Below are positions 27,321 to 40,600 of a stretch of DNA of 64,000 bases, in pieces. Below the pieces are notes generated by a model, which searched no databases, was not told the DNA's origin, and saw only the letters and a list, made by a program, of their open reading frames with translations. The position numbers were made by a program, and so were the translations under genes. Position 1 is the stretch's first letter. Every line of letters starts with the position of its first letter. Origin of the DNA: Camelus ferus (lineage: Eukaryota); the NCBI RefSeq assembly GCF_009834535.1, contig NC_045697.1, positions 96,040,001 through 96,104,000 on the forward strand, read 5' to 3'.

Positions 27321-28559
27321 ATATGATGTAATATACATACAACTCCAAACGTGCAAAACGAAAAGAGAAAGAAGACATATATCTATATATTCCTAAACCA
27401 AATGAAAAAATGTTCAGAAGTTAAGAAGACATTTTTAAAGGAAATGAAAAGATTGTAAGAGTTTACTAAATTTAACAATTTAATTGCCAAAAGTAGAAAA
27501 TTTATTATAAGATTTATCCATATATCCTTGTGCTTATAAACTGAGTATTTTTTCTTTCAATGTCACTTTCCCTAATTGTTATACTTATCTTTAGAAAGAA
27601 GTTGAGCATTGGTGTAGCAATCTTGTCCTCCTCTAAAGCTGCCTTGCAAAGTTTAGGAAGAGATCTAATTTCTAGAGGTAGGGGAGGAGTAATAATGGAA
27701 GCTTATTTAATCAAATGTGATAAAGTTCACTGTCCTTAATGACAACTTAATTTAGTATGCTTTCTGATTTCTAGAAATTATAGTCTGTCCTCTTAACAAT
27801 CTTTGGCACAGTCAAAAGTAATCCCTTATTTGTTCCTCTTGAAAAACGACAACAGACATTATTACTACTGTCAATTTCTGAGATGTTTGAATTAATATAA
27901 TTCACTATTATAACTTTCCCCAGTCCTAGTAAAATTTCATGCAGTTAAAATGAAGGCGATATATGCTGAGGAATTCACTTTGTCCTATAGAAAATATGTA
28001 TATATAATATTTACCTATATATACATTAATATTAAGTTTTTGTAAAAAGGAAGCTATTTATATAAAATAAAGGAAGATGATATAATAACTATGAAAGTTA
28101 ATTGAATTACTGTAATTTATTATTCAGTTTGACACTGAGTTCTCTGAATCTTAGAATAAAATAAGAAATCTGACAAATCAATTACACAGTTCAATATCAG
28201 AGATAAGTATTCAAACTACCCATGAAAAAACTTTAATTTTTATGGTCCCTTAATAGTCTATATAACTATTTTCAACCATATAACTTTAAAACTTTACATA
28301 AATATATTAATAAAATACTATCGTATGTGCTAATATTTTTAGTAGTCTTTCTACCCTTCCTCCTTTTTTTTTTTTAGTTTCTCTAACTAGCCTCCTCTCA
28401 TCCTCCGCAAACCCCTTACCAACAGTTAACCCTAGTTAATTACCTAAGATTTAGTCTTATATGTTTCCTTAGTTTGTGTATACAAAATATAGGAAGATTT
28501 AAGGTCAGTATTGACTGTACAAAAAAAGTCCTTGAAGGACACTATCTTTTTCCAACTCA

Positions 28560-29680
28560 TCCAATTCATAAATCTTGGAGGCGTCCTGTATTTTTCACTC
28601 TCCTTACCTCAATCACCATCCATCACCATATACAGATTTTATCTCCTTATACCTCTCATCCTGGAGCTTGTCCATGCCCTGTACTCCTATCTCAGTTCAG
28701 AAAATTACTTTGTCCTGAGCTATTGCCTCAGTCTTCTATGTGTTCTACATGCCTGCATTCCCACATCACTCACAAATCTTGTACACCTGTACCTGAATGA
28801 TTGTCTTCTAACATACATATGATTATACCACTCCCTTGTTTGAAACTGTTTCATCACCTCTACATATTCTAAATCAGGGACTAGCAAACTACGGCCCCTG
28901 GGCCAAATCCAGGTTCCACTGGTTTTGTAAAGTTTCATTGGAATACTGCCACTCCCATTAACTTTTATTTTATTTATAGCCACTTTAGCTCTTCTAATGG
29001 CAGAATTGAATAGCTGAACAAAGATTTTGGCCTCCAATACTTAAGTTTCTGGACTTTTACAAAGAAAGTCGGCAATCTTGCTTGAAATACTAAATTTTTA
29101 CCTCCTGATGTCTCCCCTCTGTATCACTGATGTCTTTTTTTTTACACCTTATGCTATAGTGATTGTATACAAATTGATACATGTATGTCAATATTAGTAT
29201 ATACATATATATACTGACATAGCTATGTATGTAACTTCATATATAATACACATGTAACTTTATAATTCAACAAATGAGAAAAGCTTTTGTTCAGCTATTC
29301 TCATGATTCTTTTTGCCTGAAATACATACCACACCTTTCACGTCACAAACCAAAATCTTGCACTTCCAGATCACTGTGTGAGCTTTAAAAATCAAATCAA
29401 TTTTTTGCCTCATGTGTGATGACTAATCCCAGAGTAAACTAATCCCTCTTTGCCCCACATCCTTTTTGTCTCCCTATACTCTGCACAGCTATCTCATGAA
29501 AAGTGTTTGCCCTTCATCTGTTCACCTGCCCTTTCTGCCAATCTCCCCACTACCTTCCAAAGAAAAAGGGTGTATGTTTTATTTTTTTATTATGCCTAAA
29601 CATAACCCAGCCCCTGTCATACAGTTAGCACTCAGCAAATTTTTGTGGTGTGCATGCATTTTTGAATGAATAAATAACTA
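28560..29680 (+). mobile_element. L2 LINE 3' region (interrupted by MER58A)
   Basis: aatcttggaggcgtcctgtatttttcactctcc...acagttagcactcagcaaat...ttgaatgaataaat is the L2 terminus. Confidence 0.65.
28875..29080 (+). mobile_element. MER58A hAT-Charlie MITE
   Basis: cagggactagcaaactacggcccctgggccaaatcc...tggcagaattgaatagctg...ctggacttttacaaagaaagtcggcaatcttg follows the MER58A consensus. Confidence 0.88.
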
Positions 29681-31449
29681 CACATTTTGGGGGAAATTTT
29701 TTTCATTGTGGTAGGGGGAAGGTAATTTGCATCCATGTAATTGGGAAATTGTCATTCCTTAACTTACTTTCTCCATACAAAATTTTATCTTCTCAAGTAA
29801 GGAACAGTCCTGAATCAATTTGTTTTTCAGATTCCATTTGAACCTATACTATATTCTGCTTATCTTTGACACTGTTTCTATTTTCTTCCTAGTAGGTTAT
29901 ACTGACTTATCAGAACAAAACTTTACTCCTCTAGTTCATTTTTTTAAATATATATTTTTTTCCTTATTGAAGTTGATTTCTATCAATTTGTTTTTGGACA
30001 ACTCTCATACCAAGAATCTAACTTTATTCAAGTCTAATTATATCCCTGGCACTCTTGTTTCTCAGAGAACACATTACTGGATTTGCTGATGAAAACAAAT
30101 AAACAACAAATCTGAAGAAATTATGGAGCTGCGGAACAATGCTTTGGAATCTCACAATTGATTTTGCTTTTACAGTACATGTCTCTGTAGGAAATATAGA
30201 ATGATGCCCTATTACATTCTCAGTTAATAACTTTTTCTTCCCAGGGTTGTTAGCTAGGTTTTTTTTTTTTTCCTTCATCTTAAAGTGAGAAAAGGTAACT
30301 TGAGGATAAAAGTAAAGATATTGTTTAAAACAATAAAAATTTAATGGAATACTATACAGGCAAAGGGATGAGATCATGTAACTGCTCTGGTTCTTGCCAC
30401 TCTGTTATATATCTGAATTAAACAATAGGATTTTCTCTGTACCACACTAAATGCAATCTTGGGTTAAAAACAAATTTGGCCATATCTCTTTACATATTTT
30501 AATTAACAGTATCCAGTTTTAGAAAGGAGAAATAACATATTTAGTACATTCATAGAACTATTTCATATACCTATTGCACACAGGTAGGTAGACATATATG
30601 TTATCTCTTCAAAATATTTTACCTCCCATCTTACATTAAGGATTGCATCTAAAGAATCAGATATTAAATTCAGGAGAATTAGTTCAATGAGCAATAATGT
30701 AATACATGTGTGGTGAAATATTAGTGAAGGGGACATCATAGACTAACTTCAGCTTTACAACATACTGAAACACACACACACACACGTTTTCAGCAAGATG
30801 TTTATGTTAAGATAGACAGGAGTACATTTGACAGTAATTCATTCTAATAAAAAATTAGAAAATACAAGGTGACTAATGAGATTGATCTGTTTTTCAGTCT
30901 GTTATAATGCTGAGTATTAAATAGTTAATTTCTGTAGACTGTATAATAAAGAATAAAGAGTAAATGATATTACTGGTTAAATAGTGCTGCACTGCTGCAT
31001 ACAAAAACCCCTCATGTTAAAGTGAGTATAAATTGTGGCATAAATAAATATTACATTATGAATAGTAAGAAGATAGCCACAATAAAATAAAATTAAAATG
31101 TAACAAGGAAATTGCAAGTATACAGGTGTGCACAAAAAGCCACTGTCTAATAATATAAAATTTAAAAAATTCTTGTCGAAACAATTATATAGACTTTAAT
31201 TATATTTAATTCTTTGGAATACTGAATTTCACTACACCCTCACACACACATACATGCTTAAATTTATGACTTCAAATATATAAGCAAATCTGGTTTAATT
31301 TATTTAGCTACTTTATTCATACAAATAACACACAGTGACTGAAGCAATGTGCTCATAATTTCTGTCTTCATAGAAAATAATTATTTACTAAAGTAAAATT
31401 CATGAGATATTACTGACTTTAGAAATTATAGCTTGTATACAGTCAGACC

Positions 31450-31950
31450 ACATATTCATTCAGTAAAAAAATAGTATTCAAATACTAAGTGTCTGGCTCT
31501 CATAGAAATTGGGGTAGAGAAGTGAATTAAAAACAGGCTAAAACATTATTCTTTTACAGCTTAGGTGGAGAATGAATCTAGACAGACTAAATAAGTAAAA
31601 TATGTAGTATGTTAAATGGTGATCAGTGTTACCAAAAAAAAGTATATTACTAATGAAGGTTAGGAAATGTGGATGTTTCCACTTTCAGCCAAGGTTATCA
31701 GTCAGGACCTCACTGAAAAGTTCTGAGGAAAATGAGGAAGAAACTTCACAATATCTGGGGTAAGAATGTGCCCAGAAGTAGGACAACAATACAAACTGCC
31801 CAGTAAAAGAATATAGCTCCAGGAACAGTAAAGAGGCCAATGTGGCTCCTGTGGGGTGGAATGAGAGAAGAGAAAGTAAAAGAGGTGGTCGGGCATGGGG
31901 AAAGAGCAGGAACACAATTCTAGGACAGCGTGTTCTTTTGTAGACACTCT
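31450..31950 (-). mobile_element. L2 LINE fragment
   Basis: tattcattcagtaa...gtcaggacctcactgaaaag...aggaacagtaaagaggccaatgtggct. Confidence 0.75.
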
Positions 31951-31958
31951 CTCTCTGT

Positions 31959-32555
31959 TGTAGGTCTGCATCACTAACTTGTCTTAGTCCTGTCTGCCAT
32001 TTACACTAGTGCAGGTGTGTGTGATCCCTTGGTTTCCTTCCTACTAATGGGGGAACTGATCTGTCTGTTTTCAGCCACTGTGGGCCATAAGAAATATTCT
32101 TTCAGGAGATTTGTAGTCTGGAAGCCAAGTCACAGCTTTTTCATGGTTCACATACATTATTGTAACACCTTGTTGGTATGAAGCAGTGGTCAGCCCCGCA
32201 AGTGCTCTACCTTCCCTAGGATCCTTTTTCAACTTTTCTGACTCCCAAGTCAGGTGAGTGTGTCAGTGTCTGTGTGTAAGCACGTGCATGTGGTTGTGTG
32301 TGTGTGTATGTGTATGTGTATATATAGCTCTATGATGAGCAAATTGTTTCTGCAGGACACTCATACAAAAACGTAAGAGGGGACAAGAACTTCCACAGGT
32401 TTCAGTCCAACTTCTGGGCACAAGCTTGTGTTTGCGGGTTCCAGGCTGTTCTGGCCCTATCCACTTTACATGTATCTTCTCCTCTTGACTGTCAGCCCTG
32501 GGCACTTCTAGCTCCAGCCTCAGAAACATTTATGACAGCGCTATCATCTCCTACA
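31959..32555 (-). mobile_element. probable ERVL-class solo LTR (family not identified)
   Basis: About 600-bp GC-richer block bounded by the short inverted termini tgtagg...cctaca, with an internal (TG)n stretch. Confidence 0.5.
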
Positions 32556-32639
32556 ATTGCTTATGATCTAAACCTTAAATTGTACACTAAGCAAGCATAA
32601 TGCATTCGTAAAATATGATAAACATATAAATAAAAATAT

Positions 32640-33180
32640 AACCATGTACTTTGAAAAGTAGATGGGCAAATGATTAATATATTTTCCCAATACTTAACTG
32701 GTCAAACTTTCAAAGAACAGAAGCATTCTATGTACAAACTATCTCAGAGCAGAGGGAAAAAAATATAAATATCCTCAATTCATTAATATAAGCTTAATTT
32801 ATTCCTAATTTTGATCCCAAATTCTTACAGGTTGAGAAGGAAGACAGGAAAGCAGGAAAAAAGAGAGACAGGAAAAAAGAAAGGAAGGACATCCAATTAT
32901 ACCTTTAAATCTATGTACAAAAATTTCAAACTAAGTATTTTGAAAAGCAAATGAATACTATACCATGATTATATGTTTTATTTCGTGAATACAAGCATTA
33001 TGACATCTATTAGTGTAATATCTACATGTGTTAGTATAAAACTTGTACATTAAAGTTTAATCAAAATTAAATACTTGCATATTAACATATATGTTAACCA
33101 ATATACTTCCAAAAGTATTTGTTAAATTACATGAAATATCCAATTAAAAAGTTTTAAGAAATTTGGAATATTTTATAAGT
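32640..33180 (+). mobile_element. ancient L1 ORF2 fragment
   Basis: gtcaaactttcaaagaacag..tacaaactatctcagagcagag...ataccatgattatatgttttatttcgtgaatacaag. Confidence 0.6.
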
Positions 33181-34279
33181 CAGGGCTGATATTCTGCTGG
33201 TACAGGCAGGAATGTTCAGATACATTACCTAATAAAAATACTGAAATAGTTCCATTTCCATTATTAGAGTAGTGTCTATAGTGATATAAATTTCTTCTAC
33301 ATGATTTCCAAATCAAACACTGCAATTCCAAGGAATTTTTTTTCTGAATTTGATACTAAAGGCAGTGATTCTGCTGTAGCTATCTTGTTTATTTCAATTT
33401 CCTAGAACTGCCTTCAGGTTCAAAGCCTTTGGGAGGAAAGGAGCCTGCCATGCCAAGTTGAAAAAAAAATATTCTGTAAATCCTTGAAAAACAATGCCTA
33501 AGGGGAAAGCTTAATTTGGTGCAGATTGCCTCTGGAGAATTTATTGCGGTTCATGGTGGCAGATAAATGATCATGTGATGGCCTACCTCTAATGATTTAT
33601 AATATTTCAGAAAATGTCCCCAAAGTATGAGACTGTACTCCCTCTGCAGTATCAAGCTATCTCAGGGAAAATAATAAACTTGAGACCTTGTTCTGTCTTT
33701 TGTTTTTATAATGTGGACCTTAGCAAGTAACAATATACCTTCTGCCCCAGCCACCTCCCTTTATCCCATGACATTTGATTGGTCTGTGAGGAGATGACCT
33801 ATTTGGACCAGTCAACTTTTGTCAGCCAAAACCATTTTTTCTTTCCCGTGGAAATAGAGTTTCACTGGAAAAGACTACCTATTACAAATCAATGGCACCT
33901 CCTTTCAGTGACATAAACCCCCTCTTAGGCACCTGAAGAATCTTCAATGTGAACTTAATAAGGAAGACCTTGGAAAAGTTTGGTGCTCATTTATCCAGTG
34001 ATACATTGCATCAAACAAAAGATCAAGTCAACAATTACTAGTGATCAATGAAAGTTTAAAATTATTAGAATATTTTGATGAATGTTTCATGCCACAACTT
34101 CTATCATTTATGTGGTAGGAAGCTTTAAAATATATCTGATTTGTTGTATTTACAGACAAAATTATTCTAAAAATATTTTTAAAATTACATACATAGATTT
34201 ATATATTGAATGAAATTACTGTCAAATATTTAATATAATATATATCTTACTTGGGAGGTACAGTCATCTAAAAATCTGC

Positions 34280-34400
34280 TTATCTGTTTATTTGTTTATA
34301 TCCATCTGTCTGTCCATCCATCTATCCATTCATCTAAGATCTTTATATCCATGTTTCCATCTCTATTTATCTATGCTTCTATATATTCATCTATCAATTT
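34280..34400. repeat. degenerate (ATCC/ATCT)n simple repeat
   Basis: tccatctgtctgtccatccatctatccattcatct. Confidence 0.7.
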
Positions 34401-36407
34401 AAATGTTTTTCTGCATTATAACTACTTAAACAAAAAGTCGCATAGGACAAGAAATTTTTGTTCGTTGCCTTTTCTTCTCATTATGTACTATTTATATAAT
34501 ACTTGTTCTTTCACTAACCAGGTATGTTAGAGAATTTTTTTAATGGGGCTAGGAATAGGAAGTAAACATTTAGCTGTGTTTAATCAACTTTTGTGACAAA
34601 TAATATATTCATGATAATCATTCAATATCTAGAAAGTTTATCTAAAATATGCACTTATTTCTCATATATATGGCTACTATTTAGTAAAATATTTTAAATC
34701 TGAATCATTTAAGTAATTTTCTAAAAGTGTTCTAATTTATGTCATACCTGTCCCAAGCCTTAAGGAGAAATATCATCTTTCAGTTGAATAAGACCACAAA
34801 AATTCTTATAGGAAATATACAATGCTTCTCTTGAACCAGATACAGTAAAAGTAAAATTCTATATTGGCATTTGTCGTACTTTGTCATTGATATAAATTAA
34901 ATTTTAGTTTTTTGATTAATACTATAGATTTGTCTACAATGAAGCACATCTTATAGGGTCATAGAAGTCATTGAAATAATAGGCATTAAATGCATGCTTC
35001 ATATTTCATGGATGTGGTAATATTATGGACAAGTACATTGTCTAGAATAATGTTTCGTGAAGACATCATGCCCACTTAGCCAATAACACGTGCAGTCATA
35101 TATACCAACTATTTGGTAGTTATGAATCTAGCTTAGAATCCAAATAAAGGACAAATAAATTTACCAAATAAAGAAAATATACCTGTTTTGGATCAGGTAA
35201 TATTCTAATTTAATGCAATGGTTAATACACATCAAAAATTTATCTCTTCTCTCTCAGGATATACTAAATTTTCTATGTAATTTTTAAACAAAATTCCACA
35301 TTCTTAAGTAAAGAATGAGAAAATGCTTCTTCTTTAAATGCACTGTAAAATAAAATTATGTATAATTTTTATGTGTATAAAAACATCTTTGTCTTTTATT
35401 ATAAAATAACTCTGAGAAATTAATCAAAACAGTACAACAATTTATTAGACCATAAACAAAAAGTAGTATAAATGTTTTTCTATGAATTATGTAAGGCAAA
35501 TAATAACACCCCTCCAGTAGAAAAAGAATAGTTAAGAGAATGTGAAAATTACTGTTTAAATTTAGGACCAATTGTATACAAGAGTAGTGTGAAAGTTCAT
35601 AATTCATTAATAGACATCATGGCATATGCTAAATCCATTAAATTCTTATTTCTTGTCTTACTGTATTCTGGTTTATATGTTGGAATATTTTATTTTCAAA
35701 GAGAACAGTACCTGACTGACAATCAATTATACATTTTATACTATGCATTACATTTTTAACTAGGGATGTGGTCTTGATGATATGTATTTGAGGTCCCCAT
35801 AGCAGGGTTCTTGTGGCATTTCCCTGAATGCTTTTGTCAGTCCAGCTAATCCATTAAAACAGTTTATTTCCTCTTTGCTTAACAACAACAAAAAAGACTT
35901 TAAAAAAAAAAAGATAAATTGTATAATGTCATGGAAAGATACTTAGAAAATATATTTTTTGAAATATCAATGTAGCTGCTTTGAGATTAATGTACTTGTC
36001 ATTGCAACAGCCTACAATTTTTTGATTAATTTTTCAGTGCTGTAAAAAGATATTATAGAGATATTTTCTCTGTAGCATGTCTGCTGTTTAGAACCGTTAT
36101 TGGATTCCTTTAGAACAGTTATTTGTTAATGCTATGAGAAGAGATGCATTTTGATCAGCTATGTAGAAGCTTGTTTTGAGAGACAAGTGATAAGGCAATA
36201 CTTTCATTTTGTTTTTACTTTTATTCCTTTGAAATATTGTAAATTTCTTAAAGTATAACAAAATAACAGACTTTTTTTTTTTCATGAAATTAAGTGTCTT
36301 TACTCCAGTCCTAGTGAGGTCCAGGAATAACAAATTTATTCCCTTCTTTCCATGAAAAATATTAGGTACATATCATATGCCAGAAGGTTAGATTGATAGA
36401 GATTTTC

Positions 36408-36453
<46 letters not shown>
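36408..36453. repeat. (GATA)10-11 tetranucleotide microsatellite
   Basis: Perfect run. Confidence 0.97.
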
Positions 36454-36775
36454 CAGGCTAGTCTCTCTATATAGTACCATAATGCCCACTAAATAAGAAT
36501 TTGTGAACCACATCACACAGTCAACCACCAAACAAATTATTTTTAGCACATGTTTACATTTTTTACCTACTTGTAATAACTATGATGAACAATTGTTATA
36601 GATTTTCCTTGCTGTGTGCCTATGAATATGTGTGTACACATTACCTGTTTTGGTTTTTATAAATTTCATAATTAAATAAATTATGAAAATAAAATAATGG
36701 TAGATGTATTCTGTGTCAAGGAGCTTATAGTTTATTCATCAAGAAGCTTAAATTCGATCCAGTAAAATGCAAATA

Positions 36776-37418
36776 CAAAAAAATTTTCACTATTCAAGGT
36801 ATGTTCTTTAAAGTCAGTGGGAAAACTGAATTAGTGAATATTTAACCATTGCTTCTAGAGGAAATACAAAGTGAGGTTCCTGTGAATCTCTGGTCACATT
36901 TCTGTCAATTGATCAATACATTGACTGTTCTATGTGTGTTTCTGTTTAAAGATACCGTATTTAATATATATCATTGATTCTTTTACACTAAACCCATGGT
37001 CAACAGCACCATCACTCAAGCCTGAAAATTAACATTATCTACCTAATGCACAAAATTCCTCCATAAGGCACACCATAGCCTACTAATGTCTGTGTACACC
37101 AGCAAGCACATCTGCTCTATGCTTAAGGGCAACTTAAAGCAGGAAAATCATCAACAAAAAATGTGAAAAACACGCCACTAAAAATACCATAAAAAGGAGA
37201 TGTGTTTACAGTATGAAAGCTGAAGCCAAAAGTTGGAATACAACATTGTTGACTTCAGCTGGGAACTTGCACGTCCGATGGCTCAAATTTTCTGCCTCTC
37301 TGCCCATGTCTAAGAATGACCATGAAAATGCCTTGGGTACTACCTTTGGGTAACAAATACATTTTAGCAAGTAAATGAAATCTCACATGTGGAATCCTCA
37401 AATAATGAGGCCTGACTG
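36776..37418 (-). mobile_element. MER82 TcMar-Tigger DNA transposon
   Basis: The minus strand starts cagtcaggcctcattatttgaggattcc...ttgctaaaatgtatttgttaccc...aaatttgagccatcggacgtgcaagttcccagctga. TA dinucleotides flank both ends. Confidence 0.85.
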
Positions 37419-37499
37419 TACTGTTAGAACATTCCTACATGCTGAAGAAGAACTTTTTCATTTTTTAAAAAGCAGAATAGAACAGACTATTGAGTTCAG

Positions 37500-39150
37500 A
37501 GGAAATGTGTGCTTGTAATTTTAAATAGGTTAATCAAGGCATCCTTAAGAAGAGTATCCTTGAGAAAATGATATTTCAGTAAAATCTGGAGCAGGTGAGG
37601 AGGGTGGCCATTTGATATCTGGAGTGGAGGATTCCAAGCAAGGAAGAGTCAGCCAAAGTGTGAAGCTAGGAGAATGCCTGAAGCATTGGCTGAAGAGCAA
37701 GGAGGTGATAACAGCTGAAGGACTGCTTTGACAGAGAGGGGAGTTGCAGAGGAGGTCAGGATAGTAATGGAGAAACATTTCCTTTTGGTCTTCAGAATAT
37801 GTGTAAGGATTTGTGCTTTCACGCTGAATAAAATGGGAAGTCACCGCAGGAATGACCGACATTTCAAATCAACTTCACTGATTGCTTATTTGTGAAGAGA
37901 CAAAGGAAGAGGGGGGATGAAAACCAAAAAAAAAAAAAAAAAAAAAGAAGGGGAACGACTGCCTAGTGGTGTGTAGAAGAGACTAGAGTCCAGAAATGAA
38001 ATGGTTCAGACCCTAATGATAGCAATGGAAGTGGTGAGAACTGGTAACTGGATATATTTTAGAGATACAGGATATGGAGCTTGAGGGGGAAACAGGGAAT
38101 CAATTGTCTAAACATACTTGGCACAAGCAACTAGAAGTATATCAGGAGTACCCCTAACCTTTATTACTGAGATGGGAAAAAATGCAGGAGTAGATATTTT
38201 GGAGGGGGTGATTAGTTTTGACATGCTGAATTTGAGATGACAATAAGATATGGAGATTTTACAAAGGCAGTTACACCTATGGGCCTGGAATTCAGAAAAA
38301 AGATCCAAGAAGGAAATAAGAATGTGGCAGCTGACAACATATACATGGTAGTCAAAGCCAGTCCACAGGATAAGTGAACCAAGGACTCAGCTCTTGGTTG
38401 CCAGGAATGTTAAGAGGGTGGGGCAAGAGTAGGAATTGGTAAAGATGACTAAGAAGGAGCTACTAGTGAGGAAGGAAAAAAAAAAAAAGACAGTGGTGTC
38501 CTGATATCCAAGGGAAGTAGTGCATCAAGGTTGAGAATGTTAAATTGTGTCACAAATCAATTAAAAAGAAAAAAAAACTGATAAACTGATATGAAATTTG
38601 ACAATGTAGAAATCATTGGGGATATTTATGTGGAACTCTGGGAGCAAAATCTTAGTTGGAATGGATGTAAGAGAGAAGAAGCTGTGAGAATTTGGAGATG
38701 CATAGCACAGACAATTATTTCTTAGACTTTTACAATTAATAAAAATAGCTGTGGGAGGTGGCTCAAAAAATGATGTTTTTTAAAGATGTGACAGTAACAT
38801 TATGTTTGTATAATGATGGAAATTGCCTATAGACAGAAAATAATTGCTGATATAGAAGAGAGCCCCAAAGTATTCCTGAGGCTATGTACTGAAGTACAAA
38901 GGGAAAAGGGGAGAAATTGTGTGAAAAACAGAAATTATTGAATTTAGGCAGAATTATGGCTAGTTCAAGTATGGTAACATGCAGTACTACAATATCTTCA
39001 GATACTGGTAAGTAGGAATATGTGGCAGTGGGAATGTGTAGATTGTTTTGTTATTGCTTCTATTTTGACAGTGAGGGAGGAAGCAGGGTGTGAGTGGGTA
39101 TGAGTATATGGAAGGACTGACAATAAAGGACCAGGTATGAAACAGTCCCA
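37500..39150 (-). mobile_element. long L2 LINE fragment
   Basis: Purine-rich antisense L2 landmarks: agcaatggaagtggtgagaa..ggatatattttagagatacag, ttactgagatgggaaa, agttttgacatgctgaatttgagatg, cagtggtgtcctga. Confidence 0.8.
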
Positions 39151-40039
39151 TAGTTTGGGTGGGGGTGATTTAACAAGTTAAAAGTTGCATCCATGTCTGG
39201 TATCTTTACAGGCTCTTTTGAACATTGTTATCCTGAATTAAATTGATACTAATCAACACAGTTATATATATTTTTTCAGTCACTTTTAATCACATATTTG
39301 CATGTGTAAAAAGGGGTGAATACATGTGTTTAATCACGGTTTTAGTTTGCCAATATGTAAGGCAAAGCACAGAGGTATCAATCAAGGGCCAGTTCTGTAT
39401 TTATTCATCATCAAAATATCAAGATTGTGTGGTGATTTTCCCCAAGATATAATTTTTTTTTTAATTTGACATACACACACACAAAAAACCCTTTCTTCAT
39501 AACCAAGAGCTTTTTCCATTTTATTGTCAGGATCTAGTGATGCAAGTATCTTTCAAATGATGATCTAGCTCTACTGTCACACAGTGCCCCTAGTTGATGC
39601 TAATTTATCCTGTATACCACCAGCAGATTAATCCCTATAATGTACAATTTACAAAGAATATATTTGACAATTTAAAAAATCATGCATGCCTATTAAGTAA
39701 AAGAACAAATGACAACAGGAAATTTTTCTTCTAACCCTATCAACAATGAAGATTTTTATCTCCTTTTTGTATGTTATTTTCCACATAATTTTGTGAAAAC
39801 ATATACTTTCAATAAAAGAAATTAATATTATTTATATAGTGATATTTAACAAATCATAAATTTTAATATTTCATGCTTTAAAAATTCAAATTATTGAATA
39901 ATTCTCTATTTCCTAAGGTAATTTTATATTTTGCATTCAAAGCCCTTCACTAATTTCCACACTCATCTTCACTTATGTTTCACATGACACAGATAAGCTG
40001 CTGATAACAAACACATTTATTTCTCTAGTTATGACTCTC

Positions 40040-40600
40040 TCCTGAGCTTGAAATTCCTATATTCTTCTTGCTCTTACCTCTTTCTTGATTTTTATTTGGA
40101 TATTTAATAGGAAATTCAAGTAACGTCTGCAAATACCTTGTTTCAAGTCTACCATGTTCCAGTACCAGTTTGTTCCTCCCTGTATTCTGTATCCTGGTAA
40201 ACTGCACCATTATTCATCCCGGGGCTCATTTCCAAACATGAGAATCTTTGATTTTCCTCCTCCTACTGCTCCTATCCATCATCAAATACTGTCAGTTCAA
40301 CCTTCAAAATACAGACTCAATTGCACAATCTCTCATTTCAGAGAGCTCTATACAACTCCTTATCTGGAGTGATCCTTTCAAAGTAAAAAACTATTCTACA
40401 GCTTTTCCTCGAAGTTAGAATAAGATCCAAACTTCTACAGTGCCCTGCAAGCATCTTACCTAGGAACTTTGTGCTTGAGATTGTCTTCACCAGAGAAACT
40501 CTTCCCAAAGATCTTCTCACTGTCTCACATAAGCATTTTTCAAATGATGCTTCCTCAGAGATGTCTCTCATAACTTTTCCATGTACAATAGTCACTCAGG
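40040..40600 (+). mobile_element. L2 LINE fragment
   Basis: tctctcctgagctt...ttggatatttaatagg...ttcaaccttcaaaatacag...ttagaataagatccaaacttct. Confidence 0.75.
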
